64,000 nt of DNA from Pseudanabaena sp. SOY_30_concoct_251 (GCA_031388585.1 JANMRU010000141.1:3160-67159), one strand, 5' to 3'; shown: positions 48,281 through 59,725, numbered from the stretch's first letter. Notes: generated by a model from the sequence alone, not told the origin. A program made the numbers and translations.

Positions 48281-49222
48281 GTGAAAATCTCAGCCGCAGA
48301 CATCAAACAAAAGGCACTAAAGCTAGGTTTTAGTCGCGTGGGGATCGCCTCAGCTACCCCCGATCCTGCAATCGCTCAAGCTAATGACAGATTACAAGCT
48401 TGGCTGACGCAGGGCTATCACGCAGATATGGCCTGGATGCAAAATCCCAAACGCCAGGATATTATGCAGGTGATGCCGAGCGTGCGATCGCTGATTTCCT
48501 TGGCCCTCAACTACTACACTCCACATCAACATAGTGGCGATCCCCAGACTGCCAAAATTTCTCGCTATGGTTGGGGACGAGATTATCACCGCGTCTTGGG
48601 CAAAAAGCTAAAAGCCTTGAGTATCTGGTTAGAGGCTCAAGCCAACGACGAACCAATTCAGACGCGCTTTTATGTCGATACTGGCCCGATCGCGGAAAAA
48701 ACATGGGCAGAACGGGCGGGGATTGGTTGGGTCGGCAAGCACGGCAACCTGATTACCCGTGATTATGGCTCCTGGGTATTTCTGGGCGAAGTTCTCACTA
48801 ATCTAGATTTGGAACCAGATTTTCCACATGCCGAACATTGCGGCACCTGTACGCGTTGCATACAGGCTTGTCCGACAGGAGCGATCGCGCAACCATTTGT
48901 GGTTGATGCCAATCGCTGCATTGCCTACCACACGATTGAAAATAAGGCGGAGGATTTGCCAGAGGCGATCGCTACTAATCTAAATAATTGGGTCGCGGGT
49001 TGCGATATTTGCCAGGATGTTTGCCCTTGGAATCAGCGTTTTGCCCAAGAAACCCATGTCGAAGATTTTCAGCCCTATCTGCATAACGTTAATCCGCAGT
49101 TAAGTGACCTGGCGAAGATTTCGGAGGAAGAATGGGATCGAGCTTTTACGGGTTCGGCACTGCGGCGAATCAAGCCAGAACGTTGGAGGCGCAATGCCAG
49201 AAAAGCGAGTAATAAAGACTAA
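48281..49222 (+). CDS. queG: tRNA epoxyqueuosine(34) reductase
   Basis: Two ferredoxin-type clusters, CGTCTRCIQACPTGAI and CDICQDVCPWN, and the CIAYHTIE block. It has a GTG start. Confidence 0.85.
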   Translation: MKISAADIKQKALKLGFSRVGIASATPDPAIAQANDRLQAWLTQGYHADMAWMQNPKRQDIMQVMPSVRSLISLALNYYTPHQHSGDPQTAKISRYGWGRDYHRVLGKKLKALSIWLEAQANDEPIQTRFYVDTGPIAEKTWAERAGIGWVGKHGNLITRDYGSWVFLGEVLTNLDLEPDFPHAEHCGTCTRCIQACPTGAIAQPFVVDANRCIAYHTIENKAEDLPEAIATNLNNWVAGCDICQDVCPWNQRFAQETHVEDFQPYLHNVNPQLSDLAKISEEEWDRAFTGSALRRIKPERWRRNARKASNKD

Positions 49223-49246
49223 AGAGGGGGATATGGTGGTGAAGAG

Positions 49247-49765
49247 ATGTCAGATAAGCAAACCTATATTCGTGAGAGCAGAGCTATATATGATAGCGCT
49301 TGCTCAGCATATGAAAGACAGTATTTTGATTGGCAGTCAGGTGGATTTGTGCTGACACATAATGGACATAATCGCGATGATGCTTTTTCATCCGAACTAT
49401 TTGTAGCAAAGGTGTTTGCACAAAGCGGCAGTAGAGTTAAGCTGCTAGAGGAGTCTGATGCCGTTCCTGGTAAGCGTCCTGATGCTGATATTAACGGCGA
49501 AATTTGGGACTTTAAAGAAATCGCGAATGCCGAGAATATTGCAGGTGCAACTCAACAGCAGATTCGGCGGGGTAAAAAGCAGGCTGATAAAGTGACTTTA
49601 TATGTTACTCAGGAATACGATATTGCCGATGTTAACCTAGGTATTGCAAGTGCAATCAGGATTGATATAGCCAACCTAATCCAGAAGATCGCTTTCATAG
49701 ATCGCGCTGGAAGGTTGCAAATTCTAAACAGAGAGGAACTTATGAATGGAAAACGCTTTCAATAA
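49247..49765 (+). CDS. Putative PD-(D/E)xK-fold nuclease (toxin-like)
   Basis: Ordered motif set SSELFVAK (E), RVKLLEE, KRPDADI (PD), EIWDFKE (D-x-K) and QQQIRRGKK. The region is AT-richer and lacks HIP1. Confidence 0.45.
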   Translation: MSDKQTYIRESRAIYDSACSAYERQYFDWQSGGFVLTHNGHNRDDAFSSELFVAKVFAQSGSRVKLLEESDAVPGKRPDADINGEIWDFKEIANAENIAGATQQQIRRGKKQADKVTLYVTQEYDIADVNLGIASAIRIDIANLIQKIAFIDRAGRLQILNREELMNGKRFQ

Positions 49766-49985
49766 CTTTGAGTACATCATCAAAGAAGGAATCAAGAATA
49801 ATATGCCTGAGATGTCTAAGATACTCATCTTAGGACAAATGCATTATGCGATGGGGCGTGGAGATTTGATAATTCGGCAAGTTGAAGAGCTTGAGGCTAT
49901 GCTTGGCTACTCATTAAAGAACTACAAACGTGAGCTTGAGTATGCTCTTGCTGGTAGTAGCGAGGAGGATGACGTTGCCGCATAA
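49746..49985 (+). CDS. Small acidic helical protein, putative cognate immunity/antitoxin partner
   Basis: 79 aa with an acidic tail SSEEDDVAA. Its start overlaps the upstream gene by 20 nt. Confidence 0.4.
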   Translation: MENAFNNFEYIIKEGIKNNMPEMSKILILGQMHYAMGRGDLIIRQVEELEAMLGYSLKNYKRELEYALAGSSEEDDVAA

Positions 49986-50120
49986 ACGCAATAATGATCA
50001 TAGGTGGCAGGAGCAAAATTGATGCACGATCGCTAATAACAACAACTAATAACTGACTACAATAGTTCAGAGTGCTTTTATCGCACTCCTAATACCCAAT
50101 CGTCTAGAAATTTGCAAATA

Positions 50121-51500
50121 ATGACCACGGTTCTGCCCCACCCACCGCTCTCAACTACCTCAAATACGCTGGATCGGCGATCGCCAAATCAGCAACTGTT
50201 GCCCCTTACAGCCAAAATCAACGAGGCCGATCGCCTGGAAATTGGTGGCTGCGATGTGGTGGAACTAGTGAAGCAGTATGGTTCACCCCTATACGTTCTA
50301 GACGAAGTGACCCTGCGTACTGCCTGTCAGCAATATCGCGATGCCTTTAAGCACTTCTACAAGGGCACCTCACAGGTACTTTATGCCTCTAAAGCTTGGA
50401 ATTGTTTGGCAATCTGCGCGATCGTGGCATCAGAGGGCTTGGGAATCGATATTGTCTCTGGCGGAGAACTATTTACGGCGATCGAAGCGGGAGTCGATCC
50501 TCGCCTGCTTTATCTACACGGCAATAATAAATCCTTAGAAGAATTGCAGTACGCGCTCGAAGTTGACTGCACGGTGGTAGCGGATAACTGGCTGGAATTG
50601 CAAACCCTCGATCGCCTCGCCGCTGAAATGGGTAAAACACCACGCATTATGTTGCGCCTCACCCCAGGGATTGAATGCCATACCCACGAATACATCCGCA
50701 CTGGGCATCTCGATAGCAAGTTTGGCTTCGATCCTAACGATGTCGATGCTGTGCTGGAGTTTGTCGCCAAATCCCACCTCAACTGTATTGGTCTGCACGC
50801 CCACATTGGTTCGCAAATTTTCGAGTTGCAGCCCCATCAAGATATTGGTGAAGTCATGGTGCAGTGGTTTAAGCTAGCAAATACGCAGTATGGACTCAAT
50901 TTGTCAGAATTAAACATCGGTGGTGGACTCGGAATCCGCTATACTGAGTCCGACGATCCACCAACGATTGAGGCATGGGCGCAAACTGTTTGTGATGGTG
51001 TGACCGCAGCCTTTGAGAATAATGCCTTACCTCTGCCTAAACTTTTGTGCGAACCTGGGCGATCGCTAGTTGGTTCGGCTTGCGTTACGGCGTATACAAT
51101 TGGCAGTAATAAGACTGTACCAGGCGTGCGTACCTACGTTTCTGTGGATGGTGGTATGTCTGATAACCCCAGACCAATCACCTACCAAGCCCAGTATCGC
51201 GCTGCGATCGCTAATCGCATGACTGCGGCGGCCGATCAAGTTGTCACCGTTGCTGGTAAGCACTGTGAATCGGGTGATATTTTGATCAAGGATATCTCTC
51301 TACCTCAGACCGAACCTGGTGATGTGCTTGTAGTATTGACAACAGGAGCTTATAACTACAGTATGGCTTCCAACTACAACCGTTTACCTAAGATCGCTGC
51401 CGTGCTGGTACAAGAGCGAGAAGCTAACCTGATCCTTAAACGCGAAACCTATGTGGATCTGATTCGTCAAGATTGCTTGCCGTCAAGGTTGAAGGTTTAG
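50121..51500 (+). CDS. lysA: Diaminopimelate decarboxylase
   Basis: YASKA PLP-lysine region, HIGSQ, GGGLG, EPGRS and CESGD motifs. The ATG is at 50121. Confidence 0.9.
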   Translation: MTTVLPHPPLSTTSNTLDRRSPNQQLLPLTAKINEADRLEIGGCDVVELVKQYGSPLYVLDEVTLRTACQQYRDAFKHFYKGTSQVLYASKAWNCLAICAIVASEGLGIDIVSGGELFTAIEAGVDPRLLYLHGNNKSLEELQYALEVDCTVVADNWLELQTLDRLAAEMGKTPRIMLRLTPGIECHTHEYIRTGHLDSKFGFDPNDVDAVLEFVAKSHLNCIGLHAHIGSQIFELQPHQDIGEVMVQWFKLANTQYGLNLSELNIGGGLGIRYTESDDPPTIEAWAQTVCDGVTAAFENNALPLPKLLCEPGRSLVGSACVTAYTIGSNKTVPGVRTYVSVDGGMSDNPRPITYQAQYRAAIANRMTAAADQVVTVAGKHCESGDILIKDISLPQTEPGDVLVVLTTGAYNYSMASNYNRLPKIAAVLVQEREANLILKRETYVDLIRQDCLPSRLKV

Positions 51501-51528
51501 CTAGATGAAATGAATGTGAGGGCTATGG

Positions 51529-52416
51529 ATGCAGTGGTTAATCAACATCAACTTAAATGCATTCATCTGGTGGCTAGATGTATTTTTTGTGCTGTCTCTG
51601 GTGTACCTGATGCTAGCAATGAGCAGCGATCGCCGTACTCTGTTGATGGTGCGTGGTTTTATCATCCTGCTGATCGTGAATGTGATTAGCACCAGACTAG
51701 AGTTCAAGTTACTTAGTTTCGTCCTTGATAAGCTTCTGGTGGGGGCAGCCTTGGCAATGGCTGTGATCTTTCAGTCAGAGCTACGCCGCTTTCTCGAGCA
51801 GCTCGGACGTGGCGAGATCCTATTGCTGTTGCGCCCTGTGCGCAATCGACGTTCCCACTCAATTTCTTCGAGGATCATCGATGAACTAATTGAAGCCGTA
51901 GTCGAGCTTTCGCAGAACCGAACAGGAGCGTTGATGATTTTAGAAACTAGCGAACCAATCGAAGAGCGCGACTTTCCGGTCCCTGGTGTGCGGATCAATG
52001 CGGAATTAACCAAGGAACTACTACAAACTATCTTTCAAACTTCAACATTGTTGCATGATGGTGCGGTATGGTTGCGAGGCGACCGCGTAATCGCAGCAGG
52101 AGTAATCTTGCCACTTTCCGATCGCGCAGCCTCCCGCGAAATTGGCACCAGACATCGCGCGGCCATGGGGATCACCGAACGAATTAATGCCTGTTTTTGC
52201 ATCGTAGTCTCCGAAGAGACAGGCTCGATCGCGATCGCCGAAAATGGTATTTTAGATCGACCAATTACTAGTGCAAAGTTACGAGAAATTCTTGAAGATA
52301 AATTTGCCTCTTCGGCACCAACCACTTTAGTCGGAACAGTTCCGCGTTTTGGTTGGTTATGGAGGTTGACTGGTCTGGGGACAATGTTTAAACGGAAATT
52401 GCCGCTAAAGAAATGA
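51529..52416 (+). CDS. cdaA: Diadenylate cyclase CdaA (c-di-AMP synthase)
   Basis: Three N-terminal TM helices, then a DAC domain with [20 protein letters not shown] and VVSEETG. Confidence 0.9.
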   Translation: MQWLININLNAFIWWLDVFFVLSLVYLMLAMSSDRRTLLMVRGFIILLIVNVISTRLEFKLLSFVLDKLLVGAALAMAVIFQSELRRFLEQLGRGEILLLLRPVRNRRSHSISSRIIDELIEAVVELSQNRTGALMILETSEPIEERDFPVPGVRINAELTKELLQTIFQTSTLLHDGAVWLRGDRVIAAGVILPLSDRAASREIGTRHRAAMGITERINACFCIVVSEETGSIAIAENGILDRPITSAKLREILEDKFASSAPTTLVGTVPRFGWLWRLTGLGTMFKRKLPLKK

Positions 52417-53156
52417 CTGCTAAGCTACTGCAAACTCTACCTGCCGATCTAGATCGTCAACGTCTACCCAAGCATGTAGCTGTGATTATGGACGGTAACG
52501 GTCGCTGGGCAAAAAAGCAAGGATTACCTCGCGTTGTAGGACATCGGCAAGGTGTAGATACGCTCAAGGACTTGCTGCGTTGCTGCAAAGATTGGGGGAT
52601 AGAATCACTCACTGCCTATGCTTTTTCGACTGAGAACTGGGGAAGACCCGTCGAAGAGGTGGATTTCCTGATGATTTTATTTGAGCGGATGCTTCGACAA
52701 GAGCTAGCGCAAATGCATCTAGAGGGCGTGCGGATTCGCTTTGTTGGAGATCTTGCCGCTTTACCTAAATCGTTGCAGACGGAGATGCAGCGCTCTATGG
52801 TCGAAACGGCTGATAATCATGCAATTGAATTTACAGTTGCGATTAACTATGGCAGTCGCCATGAGATAATCAAAGTATGCCGTCAACTGGCAGAAATGGT
52901 GGAGCACGACCACCTCAAGTCTGAAGAAATCACCGAAAAACTATTTGAAGAACATCTCTACACTTCGGGAGCCAGCGATCCAGATCTGCTAATCCGTACA
53001 AGTGGAGAAATGCGAATTAGTAACTTCTTGCTGTGGCAAATTGCCTATTCAGAAATTTACTTTACGGATATTCTCTGGCCAGAATTTGATCGAGTAGAAT
53101 TCCATCGCGCTTTAATCGCATATCAAGAACGCGATCGCCGCTTTGGTAAGATTTAA
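52413..53156 (+). CDS. uppS: Undecaprenyl diphosphate synthase
   Basis: [20 protein letters not shown] and IRTSGE.R.SNFLLWQ motifs. It overlaps cdaA by 4 bp. Confidence 0.95.
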   Translation: MTAKLLQTLPADLDRQRLPKHVAVIMDGNGRWAKKQGLPRVVGHRQGVDTLKDLLRCCKDWGIESLTAYAFSTENWGRPVEEVDFLMILFERMLRQELAQMHLEGVRIRFVGDLAALPKSLQTEMQRSMVETADNHAIEFTVAINYGSRHEIIKVCRQLAEMVEHDHLKSEEITEKLFEEHLYTSGASDPDLLIRTSGEMRISNFLLWQIAYSEIYFTDILWPEFDRVEFHRALIAYQERDRRFGKI

Positions 53157-53287
53157 GAATTCCCCGAATTTAGCGAAGCGAAATCAAGGGAATGTCAAAC
53201 CACTTTGAGTTAGACATGCGCTAATCTATAGCTAGGTAATGGCAGTCATTAGTCAGTCCTAGTTTTTTGCGGTATAGAGGGTTAGTT

Positions 53288-56200
53288 ATGTCTAATTTTG
53301 TCGGTCTGCACGTCCATAGCGAATATAGCTTACTGGATGGGGCAAGTCAGCTGCCAAACATGATCGACCAGGCCGTAGAGTTAGGCATGGAGGCGATCGC
53401 ACTAACGGATCATGGGGTGATGTATGGGGCGATCGAGCTGATCAAAATCTGTCGCAGCAAAGGGATTAAGCCCATTGTGGGCAATGAAATGTACGTTCTC
53501 AATGGTGATATTACGAAGCAGGAAAAAAAACGCAAGTATCACCAAATTGTCCTAGCCAAAGATACGCAGGGTTATAAAAATCTAGTCAAGCTCACCACGA
53601 TTTCTCACCTGCAGGGCTACCAAGGCAAGGGCATATTTGCCCGCCCCTGCATCAACAAGGAGAATTTAGAAAAATATAAAGAAGGGTTAGTCGTGACATC
53701 GGGTTGCTTAGCGGGGGAAGTACCACAGGCCATCTTGCAAGGACATCCTGAAATCGCCCGTGAAGTCGCCGCCTGGTACAAGGAAAGATTTGGCGATGAC
53801 TATTACCTCGAAATCCAAGATCATGGTTATCCTGAAGATCGGACTGTGAATGTGGAGATCGTGAGAATTGCGAGAGAGTTAGATATCAAAATTGTCGCGA
53901 CTAATGATTCCCATTTTGTCTCCTGTCACGACGTTGAAGCCCATGATGCTTTGCTTTGTATCCAAACTGGCAAACTAATTACAGAATTAAAGCGACTGCG
54001 GTATAGTGGTGCTGAATATCTGAAATCTTTCGATGAGATGAAGTTGCTATTTCGCGATCATTTAACTGATGATGTAATTGCGGAAGCGCTTAATAACACC
54101 GTAGAAGTAGCCGCAAAGATCAAGAGTTACGACATCATGAGCGACCCGCGCGCGGCGGAATATGCAGTCCCTGCTGGCCATACAGCGGATACTTACCTAG
54201 AGAATCTCACCTGGCAAGGGCTCCTAGAAAGATTTAAAACGGAGCACCGAAGTGATATCCCTGAAAGTTACCATGAGCGGATGCACTACGAGCTGCAAAT
54301 CATGCAGCAGATGGGATTTTCTACCTATTTTCTCGTTGTCTGGGACTACATCAAATATGCTCGCGATCGCAATATTCCTGTCGGTCCTGGTCGTGGATCT
54401 GCCGCAGGTTCTCTAGTAGCCTATGCGTTGGGAATTACGAATATCGATCCCATCCATCATGGATTGCTATTCGAGCGCTTTCTCAATCCTGAGCGCAAGT
54501 CTATGCCAGATATAGATACTGATTTCTGCATCGATCACCGCGACGAACTGATTAAATACGTCACTCAGAAGTATGGCGAAGATCGTGTCGCACAGATTGT
54601 TACGTTTAACCGCTTGACTTCTAAGGCTGTGCTAAAAGATGTAGCTAGAGTTCTGGATGTCCCCTATGGCGAAGCGGACAAAATGGCAAAGATGATCCCT
54701 GTATCTAGGGGGAAGCCTGCTAAGCTCAAGACCATGATTTCAAATGAGACTCCAGCACCAGAGTTTAAGGAGCGCTACGACAAAGATCCTAAAGTCTTCC
54801 ATTGGTTAGATATGGCAATGCGAATCGAAGGCGTTAACAAGAGTTCTGGGGTTCATGCAGCGGGTGTAGTAATTTCGCCGATGCCTTTAGATGAAATAGT
54901 CCCTTTACAACGAAATAACGATGGTGCTGTAATTACGCAATATCCTATGGAGGATCTTGAATCTTTGGGTCTATTAAAAATGGACTTTTTGGGTTTGCGT
55001 AACCTCACAACCATTCAGCATACGGTCGATCTAATCAACGAAAGTCATAAGGATATGAATTTCGATATTAATGCAATCGCACCCGATGCACCTACTCCTG
55101 GGAATGAAGAAACTTACAAGTTGCTAGGTAGAGGTGATTTGGAAGGAATCTTTCAGCTTGAATCATCAGGTATGAAGCAGATTGTGCGGGATCTAAAGCC
55201 ATCGAATATCGATGATATTTCCTCAATTCTAGCTCTCTATCGTCCAGGGCCATTAGATGCGGGACTAATTCCCAAATTCATTAACCGCAAACACGGGCGC
55301 GAGATCATGGATTACGCTCATCCTGACCTAGAGCCAATCTTGAAAGAAACATACTCGATTCTGGTATTCCAAGAGCAAATCATGAAAATCGCTCAAGATT
55401 TGGCTGGCTACTCTCTGGGTGAAGCCGACCTACTTCGGAGAGCCATGGGAAAAAAGAAACCAGCAGAAATGGAGAAGCAACGTGAGAAGTTTCTGGATGG
55501 CGCGGCAAGAAATGGGATTAAATCTAAAGTTGCTACTGACCTCTTCGAGCAGATGGTCTTATTTGCCGAGTATTGCTTCAATAAATCTCATAGTGTTGCC
55601 TACGGTTACGTTACTTATCAAACTGCCTATCTCAAAGCCAACTATCCAGTTGAGTATATGGCGGCACTGTTGTCATCGGCTAGCGGCGATCAGGCCAAGG
55701 TGCAGAGATATATTGCCAGTTGCAACGGTATGGGAATCGATATCTTACCACCTGATGTTAATTCCTCTGGTGTAGATTTTACTCCCCGAGATCGCCAGAT
55801 AGTATTCGGCTTAGCAGCGATTAAGAATCTTGGTGCGGGAGCGATCGATTCAATTTTGGCAGTGCGCGATCGCGAAGGAAAATTTAAAACACTTGCTGAC
55901 ATCTGTAGTCGCGTGGATTCCCGCGCTTTGAATAAAAAAGCTCTAGAAGCATTAATTCAAACTGGTGCGCTAGATTCCATGCAGCCCAATCGCCATCAAT
56001 TAATGAGCGATCTAGAAATTACCTTAGAATGGTCATCACGCAAAGCGAAGGAACAAGCATCTGGTCAAGCTAGTCTCTTCGATCTGTTTACTGAGGATAC
56101 CAGTAGCGAGAATACTTTTGATGACACACCCAGTGGCCCTAAAGTGGAGGATTACCCCTCTCAAGAAAAATTGAGACTGGAGAAAGAACTGCTAGGCTTC

Positions 56201-56797
56201 TATATTTCCGATCATCCCCTCAAAGTTGTCAGTAAATCAGCTAAACTAATGGCTCCAATTAATCTTAGCGAACTGGCTGACTGTCATGAGAATATGACGC
56301 TCACAGCCATCGTTTTGATTTTAGATATCAAGGACATTACTACCAAAAAGGGCGATCGCATGGCAGTACTCCAGGTTGAAGACCTTACTGGCAGTTCGGA
56401 AGCGGTTGTATTCCCCAAAACCTATGAGAAGGTGCGATCGCACCTGCAAAAGGATAATCGCCTCATGGTGTGGGGGAAATTAGATCGCCGTGACGATCGC
56501 GTGCAGTTAATTATTGAAGATATGCAACCAATTGAATCAGTGCGTATGGTTCGTGTGGAGCTGAGTCAGGAGCAGGCTATGGATATCCAAAAACTTCATC
56601 AACTGCGGGAAGTCCTAAAAGCGCACCAGTCTGGGGAAACAGAAGGTGCAAAAGTGCCAGTGATTGCTGAATTGCCATATCATTCGCAAATGGTCCGGCT
56701 TGGGAATCAATTTTGGGTGACTGATGACTCCACTGCTGTAGCTGCACTGACTAAAGCTGGATTTAAGGCCATGCCCGATGCGATCGCTAATAGATAA
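53288..56797 (+). CDS. dnaE: DNA polymerase III alpha subunit, contiguous (no intein and not split)
   Basis: PHP domain [15 protein letters not shown], the palm region PDIDTDF, and the FNKSHS fingers motif, in a single 1169-aa reading frame. Confidence 0.95.
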   Translation: MSNFVGLHVHSEYSLLDGASQLPNMIDQAVELGMEAIALTDHGVMYGAIELIKICRSKGIKPIVGNEMYVLNGDITKQEKKRKYHQIVLAKDTQGYKNLVKLTTISHLQGYQGKGIFARPCINKENLEKYKEGLVVTSGCLAGEVPQAILQGHPEIAREVAAWYKERFGDDYYLEIQDHGYPEDRTVNVEIVRIARELDIKIVATNDSHFVSCHDVEAHDALLCIQTGKLITELKRLRYSGAEYLKSFDEMKLLFRDHLTDDVIAEALNNTVEVAAKIKSYDIMSDPRAAEYAVPAGHTADTYLENLTWQGLLERFKTEHRSDIPESYHERMHYELQIMQQMGFSTYFLVVWDYIKYARDRNIPVGPGRGSAAGSLVAYALGITNIDPIHHGLLFERFLNPERKSMPDIDTDFCIDHRDELIKYVTQKYGEDRVAQIVTFNRLTSKAVLKDVARVLDVPYGEADKMAKMIPVSRGKPAKLKTMISNETPAPEFKERYDKDPKVFHWLDMAMRIEGVNKSSGVHAAGVVISPMPLDEIVPLQRNNDGAVITQYPMEDLESLGLLKMDFLGLRNLTTIQHTVDLINESHKDMNFDINAIAPDAPTPGNEETYKLLGRGDLEGIFQLESSGMKQIVRDLKPSNIDDISSILALYRPGPLDAGLIPKFINRKHGREIMDYAHPDLEPILKETYSILVFQEQIMKIAQDLAGYSLGEADLLRRAMGKKKPAEMEKQREKFLDGAARNGIKSKVATDLFEQMVLFAEYCFNKSHSVAYGYVTYQTAYLKANYPVEYMAALLSSASGDQAKVQRYIASCNGMGIDILPPDVNSSGVDFTPRDRQIVFGLAAIKNLGAGAIDSILAVRDREGKFKTLADICSRVDSRALNKKALEALIQTGALDSMQPNRHQLMSDLEITLEWSSRKAKEQASGQASLFDLFTEDTSSENTFDDTPSGPKVEDYPSQEKLRLEKELLGFYISDHPLKVVSKSAKLMAPINLSELADCHENMTLTAIVLILDIKDITTKKGDRMAVLQVEDLTGSSEAVVFPKTYEKVRSHLQKDNRLMVWGKLDRRDDRVQLIIEDMQPIESVRMVRVELSQEQAMDIQKLHQLREVLKAHQSGETEGAKVPVIAELPYHSQMVRLGNQFWVTDDSTAVAALTKAGFKAMPDAIANR

Positions 56798-56852
56798 GGA
56801 TGGCCAATACTCTAATTACATCAAACCAACCTACAAGCTCAACAAACTTGAG

Positions 56853-57674
56853 CTAGAAGTCACAATCCCATTTTTCAATCGCTTTCAAATAAAACTCTAT
56901 GCCGTGGTCTTTTATTAAAATATGTAAAGGACGAGGAAAATCCTTGAAAGCTTCCCTTGCGCCATCAACTGAATCTAGGAACTTAAACCACCATCCAGGA
57001 TCGTTATACAATTTCTCCTCTTCTGAAATATATAGAAATGAGCCTACATGGCTGTAGCTCATAATTCGAGCTGGCATTCTGGTAACGGGATCGTTGTTGT
57101 TTTGGAAACGAAAAAACCGAGACTTAGCTTCTACATTGAAGATTCTAGCTGTTTCGAGAGTCATTGCGCGTGGCTGGCCAAAGGTATATGTCGAAATGAA
57201 GGGAAAATCCATATGAATGAGTTTCGCGGCAGCCACAGTCGCCATAGCACCTCCCAGACTGTGTCCTGTCAAAAAGAGAGGTCGCTTTTTTTTATCTCTT
57301 AGAAGGTTATGTTGATCAAATAATTTCCCCCAAACATCGTTGACTGAATTCAAGAAACCACGATGAAAGCCTCCAAATAGTGCCCTTTCAGGAAACATAT
57401 TAAAGTTGTCCAACCAATCAGTGACTTCGTCGGTACCACGGAAAGCAAAGCAAAAATAGTCTTCATGTTCTATTAATGCTGCCTGTGCGCTATTTTTGGA
57501 AACACCGAACACAGAAATAAAATTTGTATCATCTTTCTTTAAGTTTGCAAGGATTTTTTCTTCATCTGGCTCAGGATTATTTTGCTTTCTAGTATAGATT
57601 TCGCCAGCGATTCTTGCCATCCAGTAAGCATTAGATTGACTCAGAGTTGTTTTGTAGGGTTCAACATTCTTCAT
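56853..57674 (-). CDS. Class 3 lipase-family alpha/beta hydrolase
   Basis: Nucleophile elbow GHSLGGA within FLTGHSLGGAMATVAAA, plus the FRGT block. The gene is visibly AT-rich and has no GCGATCGC. Confidence 0.75.
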   Translation of the reverse strand: MKNVEPYKTTLSQSNAYWMARIAGEIYTRKQNNPEPDEEKILANLKKDDTNFISVFGVSKNSAQAALIEHEDYFCFAFRGTDEVTDWLDNFNMFPERALFGGFHRGFLNSVNDVWGKLFDQHNLLRDKKKRPLFLTGHSLGGAMATVAAAKLIHMDFPFISTYTFGQPRAMTLETARIFNVEAKSRFFRFQNNNDPVTRMPARIMSYSHVGSFLYISEEEKLYNDPGWWFKFLDSVDGAREAFKDFPRPLHILIKDHGIEFYLKAIEKWDCDF

Positions 57675-58055
57675 AAATTTTTCCTAGAATAAAAAAGTCA
57701 TTTACCAACTTAAAAAGTTCAGGTTCACAAAGACTTAGAATCTTTTGATAGAGTTAGCGACTTGAAAATATCTATAATAATCACTGAGACGTTTTTCAAT
57801 TTTCTCTGGGACAGGTCTTATCTCCTTGTTCTTTGAGAGTTCCATAGTTTTACGTCTAAACTAGATATCCAAAAACCGCTAAGCACAATATAGCACGCTA
57901 AATCGCGGCATACTAAAGCATCTAACAGTCCAGCAATTCTGAACAGCATCTTTTAGCGCATATTGAGATCTAATTGCGAGGTGTCAAATCCTTACCTCAA
58001 CCTCAACTACGATTGGACGTTCTCAAGCCCCCATGTTATTCAACTAGCGATGAAA

Positions 58056-58979
58056 TCAACCACTAACTGAGAAGCGCCGAACCGCTAAAAGACTACCAAG
58101 CACTCCTACGGTAGAACCAAACAATATCAGGATTGCAGGCAACAAGAATTGTGAGCGCGGATCGGAAAGCAACCCTACTGTGAGAGATTTGATTAGCTCT
58201 GGTTGGTTGACGATCGCATTGCCCAGAAAATTTAGGATTGCAGTTAGCATAAAGTAGGCGATCGCGGCGCCCGCAATGCCAAACACCACACCTTGCAAAA
58301 CAAACGGAAAGTAAATCCAGGTTGCTGTCGCCCCCACTAACTGCATCACTTCGATTTCCCGCCGTCGTGCTAAGACAATCAGACGAATCGTGGTTGTAAT
58401 CACAGCGATCGAGATCGCTGTGAATATACTGGTGACGATCGTGCCAATACTAGTCATGGCTTTGCGTAATTCTGCCAGGCGATCGACCACTTCATTCGTG
58501 TACCAAACTTCGTTGATGCCCTTTAATCCCGAAATCCGTTTTGCAACATCAGGTACGCGATCGGACGATACCGTGCGCACCTTAAACTCATCCACCAGGG
58601 GATTTCCGCCCAGTTGCTGCGTGGCTGCGCCCAATTCAATTTTGCCCAGATCTTTTAACATGGTTTCCCAGGCTACATCCTTAGGAATCAGATGGATGGC
58701 GGCCACGCCATCAACTAACATCAGTCGCGGTTGGAGTACCTCCGCACTGGCTGCTTCATCTAGATACACCGATATTTCTAACTGGCTACCCATTTGCCCT
58801 AATAAACCCTCTAACTGCCAAGAGACTTGCAAACTAGCGCCAAAGAGAAACAGCAATATCGCAACCGTACTCACAGCAGCCCAGTTCATCCAGCCGCCAC
58901 GTTTTAAACCCAAAAGGGTTTCTTTAAGCAAATACTCTAATTTGGTCAGCAGTCGGGATATATTTTTGCGATCGATCAT
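58056..58979 (-). CDS. ftsX: Cell-division protein FtsX (permease-like)
   Basis: Four TM helices with a large periplasmic loop. It overlaps ftsE by 4 bp. Confidence 0.85.
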   Translation of the reverse strand: MIDRKNISRLLTKLEYLLKETLLGLKRGGWMNWAAVSTVAILLFLFGASLQVSWQLEGLLGQMGSQLEISVYLDEAASAEVLQPRLMLVDGVAAIHLIPKDVAWETMLKDLGKIELGAATQQLGGNPLVDEFKVRTVSSDRVPDVAKRISGLKGINEVWYTNEVVDRLAELRKAMTSIGTIVTSIFTAISIAVITTTIRLIVLARRREIEVMQLVGATATWIYFPFVLQGVVFGIAGAAIAYFMLTAILNFLGNAIVNQPELIKSLTVGLLSDPRSQFLLPAILILFGSTVGVLGSLLAVRRFSVSG

Positions 58980-59725
58980 GGTTTGACCCCATAAATATAG
59001 CCATCTTTGAGTTGTGCTACGGAATGATTTGCCGCACGTACCAACTGTTCGTCATGGGTAGTCATCAGAATTGTGACACCAAAGGAGTTTAGCTTCTTAA
59101 AAATTTTAATTACTTGCCAGGCATTTTCAGGATCGAGGTTACCAGTAGGCTCATCGGCCAGTAACAAGGGAGGTGTGTTGACGATCGCCCTGGCAATACT
59201 AGTGCGTTGCTGCTCGCCACCAGATAATTCTTCGGGGAAACAATCTGCCTTGCCAGTCAGCCCAACCATCTTTAAGGCAGGCATAAGGCGGCGTTGAATT
59301 TCGGCTTTAGAGAATCCCTGTGCCATTAGCACAAATGCCACATTTTCGGCGACAGTCCGCCTGGGTATGAGTTTATAGTCCTGAAATACAATCCCAATGC
59401 TGCGTCGCAACATGGCCAGACCATTTCCCTTTAGGCCCTTGAGATTAAATCCATTAACGAATACTTCGCCATCAGTTACTTGCTCAGCCCCATAGAGCAA
59501 TTTCAATAACGTTGACTTCCCCGAACCAGAATGCCCCGTGACAAAAAGAAAATCGCCCTTGAGTAGCTCTAAACTAATCCCCTTAAGCCCCTCAAATCCG
59601 TTGGTATAGGTTTTTCGTACATTCTCGATTCTGACTACTACCTTTCTGCCTTCGGCAGTGAAATTAGTCTCAGGATCGGAAGGTTTTTCCTTTTGCTGAC
59701 GAAATTTGAGCGGGAGTTTGAGCAT
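58976..59725 (-). CDS. ftsE: Cell-division ATP-binding protein FtsE
   Basis: Walker A GHSGSGKST, signature LSGGEQQR and Walker B LLADEPTGNLD. Confidence 0.9.
   Translation of the reverse strand: MLKLPLKFRQQKEKPSDPETNFTAEGRKVVVRIENVRKTYTNGFEGLKGISLELLKGDFLFVTGHSGSGKSTLLKLLYGAEQVTDGEVFVNGFNLKGLKGNGLAMLRRSIGIVFQDYKLIPRRTVAENVAFVLMAQGFSKAEIQRRLMPALKMVGLTGKADCFPEELSGGEQQRTSIARAIVNTPPLLLADEPTGNLDPENAWQVIKIFKKLNSFGVTILMTTHDEQLVRAANHSVAQLKDGYIYGVKP

Noticed and set aside
53288-56797. A search for a split dnaE or an intein, as seen in a number of cyanobacteria
   Set aside because: The frame is continuous through the region where split DnaE inteins insert. I saw no intein block motifs and no extra length.
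57735-57845. A 36-codon minus-strand ORF (MELSKNKEIRPVPEKIEKRLSDYYRYFQVANSIKRF) just upstream of the lipase gene
   Set aside because: It has no Shine-Dalgarno-like sequence and no recognisable family, and it lies in AT-rich DNA where such ORFs arise by chance.
58390-58986. A 198-aa plus-strand ORF, and similar long antisense ORFs such as 3079..3489, 4875..5174, 9481..9825, 10562..10939, 36577..36978 and 43291..43743
   Set aside because: Each lies fully inside a well-supported gene on the opposite strand. For example, 4875..5174 has a poly-Pro run that mirrors the porin's Gly run. They are typical shadow ORFs.
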